This document shows, piece by piece, positions 46,520 to 52,526 of a DNA stretch of 56,843 nt. The notes beneath the pieces are model-generated. The model ran no database searches. It had not been told where the DNA came from and worked only from the letters and a program-made list of their open reading frames with translations. Source of the DNA: a virus (Duplodnaviria; Caudoviricetes); IMG/VR virus record IMGVR_UViG_3300037424_001259, positions 1-56,843 of that record; one strand, given 5' to 3'. The translations under genes were made by a program, and so were the position numbers. Each line of letters starts with the position of its first letter. Position 1 is the stretch's first letter.

Positions 46520-46996
46520 TCACGGGGAATCCTCCCCAGGCCGCGCTGCGCCCTGAGAAGCATGAAACCTTACGTGGCAGCGGACACAAAGCCAGCGCAC
46601 GACGAGGGGCGCAGAATAATCGTCATGGTGCGCGTGAAGTCTGGATTTAATTTCTCCGCACTCCGAACACAACGAGGGCTTTTGTATTGATCCAGATCTC
46701 TTCCCGCGCCCTATTGCAACGTGCGCCTTTCGTTCTTTCGGATGCGATATCCTCCAGGTTCTTGTGCGTTGCTTCTTTGCCGCCTTCCTTGCGTCAGAAT
46801 AAAGAGAATATTTATCAGACGAAGGGTATTTGTGCCTCGACTCTTTTTGGCAATCTCGGCATTCGTACTGAAATCCTCGGGCATTAGCGGTGTGCCTTTT
46901 GTACTCTGATGCGGCCTTTATTGTTTTACAAGAACTACACCGAAGAAGCTGAGCTTCGGCCCTTGGCTCTTCTGGTAATGTTTCGTTCTCCTTCAT
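46520..46996 (-). CDS. HNH endonuclease with N-terminal zinc finger
   Basis: CSSC...CRDC, then CSECG...LHAHHDDYSAPLVVRWLCVRCH. Confidence 0.85.
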   Translation of the reverse strand: MKENETLPEEPRAEAQLLRCSSCKTIKAASEYKRHTANARGFQYECRDCQKESRHKYPSSDKYSLYSDARKAAKKQRTRTWRISHPKERKAHVAIGRGKRSGSIQKPSLCSECGEIKSRLHAHHDDYSAPLVVRWLCVRCHVRFHASQGAARPGEDSP

Positions 46997-47091
46997 CCCT
47001 CCTCCTTCCCCATCGCGGGGGTGATAAACCGCAGCGGCTTTGCACGTTCGGGACCGTACCGTGCTCAACGCGCAAAGCCGTTACCACCTAA

Positions 47092-47445
47092 TCACTCGGG
47101 AAAAAAGGTTAAAATAGCACGAGCCAGCGACCTTAGTTCTTCTGGCGTTGCGTCGTTTTTCATTGTGTTTGCTTTTCTGGAAATTACCCATACGTTGCCG
47201 GGGATATATCCGATTGAATTTACTTTTCGGTCAAGTGACGGGGAGTTGTCGTTCTTAGATGTTGAACCACGATAAAGTTTGATACCGAGAAGTGGGCATG
47301 TTTCTGGAACGATTATGTCATCCACCGTAATAGAAAACGGTATTGAGTCGCGCTTGCTTCTGTACTTTGCTACAGCAAGCATGTGCTCTTTGAGGTGAGC
47401 CAGGAAATAACGCTTTCGTGTCTCTGGCTTGCTTTTCCCGCTCAT
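47092..47445 (-). CDS. HNH-like endonuclease
   Basis: CPLLG...SPSLDR.....GY..GNV.VIS.KAN.MK.DAT.EEL. Confidence 0.85.
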   Translation of the reverse strand: MSGKSKPETRKRYFLAHLKEHMLAVAKYRSKRDSIPFSITVDDIIVPETCPLLGIKLYRGSTSKNDNSPSLDRKVNSIGYIPGNVWVISRKANTMKNDATPEELRSLARAILTFFPE

Positions 47446-47832
47446 TTAGACACCTCCCGGAATATACTCTTGGTTAGGCTGCAAAACTGCATCAGGAGTG
47501 TCGCGCTTCCGAGGGTACTTGTTTCGGCACTCCTCTGCCGAGGTTACACCAAGCGCCTTCCCGCACTCTGCAATCAACGAATGGTAAGAGATTGGCTTGT
47601 CTCTGAATTCCATCGCGTCCATGTACCAACGCGAAAGCAACCACTCAAGAAGACATATCCTATTTTGCCCCGACATCACATTTATCCGCGAAGCGTCCAA
47701 AGCACGTTCAAGGTTTTCTATCTTTGTGGCGGCTTCGCCCATCTGCTTATTGCATGTCTCGCGCTCAAACCGCTCCCCGTGAACTGCGTCCATGTTCACC
47801 GATGCGCGGAGCCTCCTTGCAATGTCGCTCAT
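47446..47832 (-). CDS. Cassette 1 hypothetical protein (3' end runs past the array boundary)
   Basis: ORF coupled to 47829-48107. Confidence 0.65.
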   Translation of the reverse strand: MSDIARRLRASVNMDAVHGERFERETCNKQMGEAATKIENLERALDASRINVMSGQNRICLLEWLLSRWYMDAMEFRDKPISYHSLIAECGKALGVTSAEECRNKYPRKRDTPDAVLQPNQEYIPGGV

Positions 47833-48107
47833 CCCGCAAGCCCTTTTTGTCTTCCGCAGACGCGAGAGATGGTTTCTCCAAATGCCACGAATTGCTCAAC
47901 CGTCCTCCGTGCCGCTGCCAACTCCTGTTCCTGTTTTGCGACGAGCGATTGCAGGTGTGAAGCGAAAACAGAAACTTTCGTTTGCTGCTCGCTGGCTGGG
48001 AGTTCTTCGATCATCACGCAGAGTTTGTGCATCCGTCCTGCGAGGTACGGAACGGTATTCTCGCCAAGAACCTCATCCACCAGCCTGTCGATATTCGCCA
48101 TCTCCAT
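47829..48107 (-). CDS. Cassette 1 hypothetical protein
   Basis: ORF with SD starting just inside attC1. Confidence 0.65.
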   Translation of the reverse strand: MEMANIDRLVDEVLGENTVPYLAGRMHKLCVMIEELPASEQQTKVSVFASHLQSLVAKQEQELAAARRTVEQFVAFGETISRVCGRQKGLAG

Positions 48108-48131
48108 TCCCTTTCTGCCGGATCAGGAGGA

Positions 48132-48190
48132 GCCTAACCCACGCATGGAGGAGACGCGGAAACCGCGCTCCTCATAACTTCATGTTAGGT
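48132..48190 (+). repeat. attC site 1 (59 bp)
   Basis: GCCTAAC CCACG CATgGAGG AGaC GCGG AAA CCGC GCT CCTCATA ACTTCAT GTTAGGT (lower case = unpaired bases). Confidence 0.9.
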
Positions 48191-48480
48191 GGTAAAAAGA
48201 TATCAATTTTGTCTCGCATGTCCCCGAGAGCCGCGTGGCCGTAGTTTTCAGACCAATCGTCGAAGAGTTGGCGGGACTCCCGGAGTAATTCAACCAATTT
48301 TGAAATTCGTTGTTCGGCTGAGAGGCATTCCTTGCCGCGCTTTGACCCTTTACCCTCCTCCCACCCTGGACCCTGCATCGAACATTCGATCCCCTCTTGA
48401 CAGAAAAATTCTTCGGGACACTGGCAGGGCTCGCAGAACTCGTCACCGGCATCAATCTCCATGGCTATCAGTCGTTTCAT
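48172..48480 (-). CDS. Cassette 2 Cys-rich hypothetical protein
   Basis: AGGAGG SD; stop lies inside attC1. Confidence 0.7.
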   Translation of the reverse strand: MKRLIAMEIDAGDEFCEPCQCPEEFFCQEGIECSMQGPGWEEGKGSKRGKECLSAEQRISKLVELLRESRQLFDDWSENYGHAALGDMRDKIDIFLPPNMKL

Positions 48481-48505
48481 AACATCCCTCCTGGTTATGA
48501 AGACC

Positions 48506-48563
48506 ACCTAACCAAGTGCTGTAGTTGACCGCGAGGCGCGGCAACTAAGCACCCATGTTAGAT
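48506..48563 (+). repeat. attC site 2 (58 bp)
   Basis: ACCTAAC CAAGT GCTgTAGT TGaC CGCG AGG CGCG GCA ACTAAGC ACCCAT GTTAGAT. Confidence 0.9.
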
Positions 48564-49000
48564 GCGGAACCGAAACACCGATGCCACATCACCAGCGACC
48601 CGGCCACCGCAACATTGTAGCTCTCCGTCCGCACGCTCTCCAGGCTCACGACGTGCTGACACTTCGCGAGGATCTCCTTCGGTAATCCATGGTCTTCTGC
48701 CCCGAGCAAATACACGGCCCGTTCCGGGTGCTTGAATTGCGCCAGCGGCGTTCCTCCCATTTCGACCGCTACTAATGGCGCATCATAGGGCCGGGACAAG
48801 AGGAACAGATCCCATGTCGCGTGCTCACGGAGCGGTACGTGCCGCCACGTTTTCAGCGTGTCGCTCGCCTGTTTCGGATAACGAGAACCAATTGTGAAAA
48901 TCCCCGTCGCCCCGAGTTGCGAAGCAGAGCGCCAGAGCGTGCCGAGGTTCATTGGCGTCTTGTGATGGTAAATCCCGATCTCGAAATACCCGCGCATCAC
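48545..49000 (-). CDS. Cassette 3: SpoU/TrmH-family (SPOUT) RNA 2'-O-methyltransferase
   Basis: NLGTLWRSA..LG (motif 1), LLGAEDHGL (motif 2) and ESYNVAVAG (motif 3). Confidence 0.9.
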   Translation of the reverse strand: MMRGYFEIGIYHHKTPMNLGTLWRSASQLGATGIFTIGSRYPKQASDTLKTWRHVPLREHATWDLFLLSRPYDAPLVAVEMGGTPLAQFKHPERAVYLLGAEDHGLPKEILAKCQHVVSLESVRTESYNVAVAGSLVMWHRCFGSASNMGA

Positions 49001-49018
49001 AACTCCTTTCGGAAGAGC

Positions 49019-49071
49019 ATCTAACCCAGCAGTGAACCGGACGCTACGCGCCGGTTACCGCACTGTTAGAC
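49019..49071 (+). repeat. attC site 3 (53 bp)
   Basis: ATCTAAC CCAGC AGTgAACC GGaC GC TAC GC GCC GGTTACC GCACT GTTAGAC. Confidence 0.9.
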
Positions 49072-49319
49072 CGCAAGAACTGCATACCAGCCTCGGTGAT
49101 CTCCCAACGCAACCACGGATAGCCCTCGGCTTTTGGCACGATGAATTTTCGCGTTTCGAGTTCAAGAACCAAAGAGCGCAGCCACTGCTTGTCCATGTCC
49201 CATATGCTGACTCGCGGAGAATTAGAAAGCACCGCGAGCGCATTTGCCGTGGTCCGCATCTTCGGCTTCAAGTCTGCGAGGTCTCCAGAAAAACTATCAA
49301 GAAAAATAACTCCCGGCAT
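49044..49319 (-). CDS. Cassette 4 small winged-helix-like protein
   Basis: AAGGAG SD; C-terminal WEITEAGMQFL wing motif; stop lies inside attC3. Confidence 0.7.
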   Translation of the reverse strand: MPGVIFLDSFSGDLADLKPKMRTTANALAVLSNSPRVSIWDMDKQWLRSLVLELETRKFIVPKAEGYPWLRWEITEAGMQFLRSNSAVTGA

Positions 49320-49345
49320 TTGTTCCAGTTCTCCTTTCCCGTGGG

Positions 49346-49404
49346 GTCTAACCCACGCATGGACCTGACCGCGAGACGCGGCAGGTCATGACTTCATGTT
49401 AGGT
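49346..49404 (+). repeat. attC site 4 (59 bp)
   Basis: GTCTAAC CCACG CATgGACC TGaC CGCG AGA CGCG GCA GGTCATG ACTTCAT GTTAGGT. Confidence 0.9.
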
Positions 49405-49656
49405 GGATAAACAGCCACGGGCCAAACTCGCAAGACAATTACATTCGGGAACCTCGCTATACTTTCTCGCTGGTGCTAAGTTCTCCGCGTCTATGCACGC
49501 CTGCAACCGCTGCGGATCTTCACCCTTGCCGAGCGACACGTTAAGCAGGATGCAATGCTTTCTTCCTCTTGCCGCCCGCTTCACGTATTGGCAAGACCCG
49601 CAAATGTGAACAGAGGGGCTACTGTCGATCTTGATTCGCAGGTATCGCGTTGCCAT
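49399..49656 (-). CDS. Cassette 5 gene 4, Cys-rich
   Basis: TAATG coupling; stop TAA lies in the attC4 core. Confidence 0.6.
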   Translation of the reverse strand: MATRYLRIKIDSSPSVHICGSCQYVKRAARGRKHCILLNVSLGKGEDPQRLQACIDAENLAPARKYSEVPECNCLASLARGCLST

Positions 49657-49838
49657 TACATAAACCCGCACTTTCTCATCATCGCCATCATGTCCTTGAA
49701 CCCGACAACAATCCATTCCTTCTTCTTGAGCGGAAGCGAAAAATGGAACTCCCCGGCGTTGGGGTTTAAAACATCGCCATCACGAAAGTATCGAATCAGG
49801 TTGTCATTCTCTTTGCAGGTGTACTTTACGGTCTTCAT
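49656..49838 (-). CDS. Cassette 5 gene 3
   Basis: GGAGG SD; coupled. Confidence 0.6.
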   Translation of the reverse strand: MKTVKYTCKENDNLIRYFRDGDVLNPNAGEFHFSLPLKKKEWIVVGFKDMMAMMRKCGFM

Positions 49839-49994
49839 TTATTCACCCTCCGTCAAACAACCTTCCGGCATCTCGTTTTCATACACGAGCTTGTGTTGCT
49901 CGTCCCGGCCTACTCCCCGCCCGCAGATCGGGCAAAAAAACACAATCCCCCGCTTCCCGTATGGCCGTATTTCGCATTCTGTTTTGCCGCCCAT
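49839..49994 (-). CDS. Cassette 5 gene 2 (51 aa, FCPICG)
   Basis: Read manually: MGGKTECEIRPYGKRGIVFFCPICG... Confidence 0.45.
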   Translation of the reverse strand: MGGKTECEIRPYGKRGIVFFCPICGRGVGRDEQHKLVYENEMPEGCLTEGE

Positions 49995-50011
49995 GTTCTC
50001 GTGGTAGAGGC

Positions 50012-50209
50012 TCACTTTCCATTTTCTCCTTTCATGTATTCCCTTATCCCATCACACATCAATTGCAACTTTCTGACGTATTCCCGAGCGGGGTGCGTAT
50101 TGCCGTGCCCGTCAAGCCAAACAACATCTTCCCACATCGTTACTCTATCGCACCGATCAAGAAGGAGAAGGAGAACCTTCTTGTAACCCTTATTACCTAG
50201 GCCACTCAT
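50012..50209 (-). CDS. Cassette 5 gene 1
   Basis: GGAGG SD before ATG 50209. Confidence 0.6.
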   Translation of the reverse strand: MSGLGNKGYKKVLLLLLDRCDRVTMWEDVVWLDGHGNTHPAREYVRKLQLMCDGIREYMKGENGK

Positions 50210-50236
50210 CACCCCTCCAATCAAAGCAAAATCACT

Positions 50237-50293
50237 TCCTAACCCGAGCATGAAGCTGACCGCTAGGAGCGGCAGCTTATGCTTTTGTTAGAT
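50237..50293 (+). repeat. attC site 5 (57 bp)
   Basis: TCCTAAC CCGAG CATgAAGC TGaC CGCT AGG AGCG GCA GCTTATG CTTTT GTTAGAT. Confidence 0.9.
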
Positions 50294-50878
50294 GGATAAC
50301 CGCAACTGACGCACCCACTCCGAACGCCCCGTTGCACGCTCGATCTCCTTGGCGTTCTCCTCCGCGTGATAGTTAATCCCGTGCTGTGCCTCAGACACCG
50401 CAGCAACGTAGTAGGCCAGTGCCGGTTTCGCGTTGGCAGACTTCAAGGACTCGCAGATGTAATCAATTCCGTTGCCACTGATCCCGATTTGCTGAAGCAT
50501 GAAATCTTTCAGCCCCTTGTGCTCTGGTGTCGGCGGTCGCCACGCCTTGACCTGCTCGGCCATCGCGGTCAGGCGTTCGTTCGCGGCTTGGTCCTTTGCC
50601 AGCCACTGTTCGGTGCGGGAAACATCAGCGGCCTTCTCGGACTGCCCAAACGCAAGGCGCTCATCGGTGGTCATGGCCTTCAGTCGCGCCAATTTCTCAC
50701 GGGACTCGACCAAACGCTTCGCGTGATAGTCCGAAGGCTCGAACTTGTCCGGAACGGGCGCGTCATTTGGATCGTCACGCATTTCGATCAACGCCCCGAA
50801 AGCGCGGGCGCATCCCATAATGAACTCCTGAAACGTCTGCCCATTGTCCATCAGCTTCGCGGTGTACCCTGTTGGCAT
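50288..50878 (-). CDS. Cassette 6 conserved phage hypothetical protein (MPTGYTA family)
   Basis: MPTGYTA...F..F...CARAFGA...MRD and W.PPT.EH..LK.FM.QQI motifs. Confidence 0.8.
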   Translation of the reverse strand: MPTGYTAKLMDNGQTFQEFIMGCARAFGALIEMRDDPNDAPVPDKFEPSDYHAKRLVESREKLARLKAMTTDERLAFGQSEKAADVSRTEQWLAKDQAANERLTAMAEQVKAWRPPTPEHKGLKDFMLQQIGISGNGIDYICESLKSANAKPALAYYVAAVSEAQHGINYHAEENAKEIERATGRSEWVRQLRLSI

Positions 50879-50911
50879 TTCGATCTCCTTTCAAGATTAA
50901 CTACAAAAACC

Positions 50912-50968
50912 ATCTAACCCAGCCGTTGTAGCCGACGCCTACGGCGCGGCTAAACGCTACTGTTAGAT
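50912..50968 (+). repeat. attC site 6 (57 bp)
   Basis: ATCTAAC CCAGCC GTTgTAGC CGaC GCC TAC GGC GCG GCTAAAC GCTACT GTTAGAT. Confidence 0.9.
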
Positions 50969-51237
50969 GGAAACTGAAAACCACAATACAGATTGTCTTC
51001 GGCAATCCGCTTGATACTCGCCAGCAGCCCGAGAAGCAAATCGTTCTGCGCTCCCGGAAGCGTCCCGGTGTGAGCGATGATCCTCCGCAGCGTGTCCTTG
51101 AACCGCTCCGACTCGTCGTCGTTGAGGCAGTCCCGGAACTCAACAGAAACGATTCTTCCGCCCTTCCATCCGTCGCCAGCGGTCACTCCGGGTTCGGTCC
51201 CGTCCGCAAACTCGAATACTGCCGTATACCGTTTCAT
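50950..51237 (-). CDS. Cassette 7 hypothetical protein
   Basis: GGAGGAG SD; stop lies inside attC6. Confidence 0.7.
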   Translation of the reverse strand: MKRYTAVFEFADGTEPGVTAGDGWKGGRIVSVEFRDCLNDDESERFKDTLRRIIAHTGTLPGAQNDLLLGLLASIKRIAEDNLYCGFQFPSNSSV

Positions 51238-51257
51238 GCTACTCCTCCGGTTGTGCC

Positions 51258-51313
51258 ATCTAACCCACGGTTGTAGCCGACGCCTACGGCGCGGCTAAAC
51301 GCTACTGTTAAAA
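51258..51313 (+). repeat. attC site 7 (56 bp)
   Basis: ATCTAAC CCACG GTTgTAGC CGaC GCC TAC GGC GCG GCTAAAC GCTACT GTTAAAA. Confidence 0.9.
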
Positions 51314-51769
51314 TCGCTCCTCGACCCAAACCCCGCCCTTGCGCTGGATCGCCACGAAGTTAAATTCTGGAAACAGGTCAGCAGCGACCTTGATGCGCAC
51401 CCGGGCGGCCTCTCTCCAGAAGCCCTTGACTTCGTGGAACTGGAACACGTCGCAGTCTTTGTCCTCGTTCCTTGCGACGACAAGGAAGTCTGGTTTGAAC
51501 CATGCTCTGTTGGCAAGCCGCAGGCGGATAGCCTCGAATTTCCACGACACAATCACTCTGGCATGGCGCAGGATCTCAAGGTGGTCGGCATACTTTGCTT
51601 CCGTTGGGTTCATTCCGCGAGGCGTAGGCTTGCTCTTGGCAACCGTCTCCTTTGCCACGATCGGTTGCTTCTGGCACACAACTTTATGTTGAGGGTTGAT
51701 CTGTAATAGCGCTTGCTCTCTGTGCGCGGGAGAGAGCATCGCGAGGTCGTCTTCGATTGTTCTAGCCAT
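51308..51769 (-). CDS. DUF1064-like PD-(D/E)XK endonuclease
   Basis: MNPTEAKYA..L, W.FEAI.LRLA....KPDF, HEVKGFW and RIKVAA motifs. Confidence 0.8.
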   Translation of the reverse strand: MARTIEDDLAMLSPAHREQALLQINPQHKVVCQKQPIVAKETVAKSKPTPRGMNPTEAKYADHLEILRHARVIVSWKFEAIRLRLANRAWFKPDFLVVARNEDKDCDVFQFHEVKGFWREAARVRIKVAADLFPEFNFVAIQRKGGVWVEERF

Positions 51770-51899
51770 GCTTGTTACTCATCACCACGTCGGGTCATCT
51801 TTAGGTTGTCTTTTCGGATTCGGATCATCTCTTTCGTCGCGGTACTCGGGCGACTCTCGGTACTCAGCGGCGATCTCGTCTTCGTATGAAACTGACATT

Positions 51900-52238
51900 T
51901 CAGTTCGCCCCTCCCGGGACGATAATCAGGGGTTTCGACGCGGCCACCCGCTTGCTCATGATGCCTGAGACTGCAGTGATGCCCCGCAGAACGAGTTGCG
52001 GATCGTGCCCGAGAAGGGCGACGAAAGAACTCGATGCAATGGCGACCGCCGGGTCTTGAGCAAGGCGGCCTCCTATAAAAAACACCGGCTTGCCGTCTCT
52101 GATCGCAGCGACGTAAAGGAATGTTGTGGCGGGGTCGCTGGCGAGGGCCGCAATGTCTTCTCGGCGGCCTGCAGGGATGCCGTTCTCTTCCGTCGTCGGT
52201 GAATCAGGCTGCGCATCCTTGACTTCCTCGTCGCTCAT
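51900..52238 (-). CDS. Hypothetical protein
   Basis: SD and ATGA coupling; IIVP C-terminus. Confidence 0.6.
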   Translation of the reverse strand: MSDEEVKDAQPDSPTTEENGIPAGRREDIAALASDPATTFLYVAAIRDGKPVFFIGGRLAQDPAVAIASSSFVALLGHDPQLVLRGITAVSGIMSKRVAASKPLIIVPGGAN

Positions 52239-52417
52239 TTCTCGATCCTCCTAACCGCTCCGTGCTCGTCGTACTGGTAGAGCTGCCCGTCCTGCGTCTT
52301 GATCGTGACGCCGGCTTTCATGCGAGAAGGGAGAAGCCCGCGGTGCTCGCTCTTTGCATGTTGTGCGGCCTTGTAGTCGTCGCCTTTGCTGCGGCCCGGG
52401 TGCTTGTGGTCGCTCAT
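52235..52417 (-). CDS. Hypothetical protein
   Basis: Strong GGAGGAGG SD. Confidence 0.6.
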   Translation of the reverse strand: MSDHKHPGRSKGDDYKAAQHAKSEHRGLLPSRMKAGVTIKTQDGQLYQYDEHGAVRRIEK

Positions 52418-52526
52418 CTAGCCCTCCTCCTCGCCCCTTACTCCGAAACCACGATGGCTGTCCACAACACGGTAGAGCGTGCTGAACCATCGGCCATTTC
52501 AGGGGCGCCTCCCGTTTTTTGTTGGA

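Larger units (their letters stand above)
47473..51313 (+). mobile_element. Integron-type gene-cassette array: 7 cassettes and 7 attC sites, no integrase (CALIN-like)
   Basis: Seven RYYYAAC...GTTRRRY-type imperfect palindromes with L''/L' boxes and two extrahelical bases, plus a lone GTTAGGCT core at 47473. Confidence 0.9.

Noticed and set aside
48132-51313. Repeats as a CRISPR array, REP elements or terminators
   Set aside because: The spacers are 0.3-0.9 kb gene-bearing units, the repeats vary with compensatory changes, they have attC boxes, and they mostly lack U-tracts.
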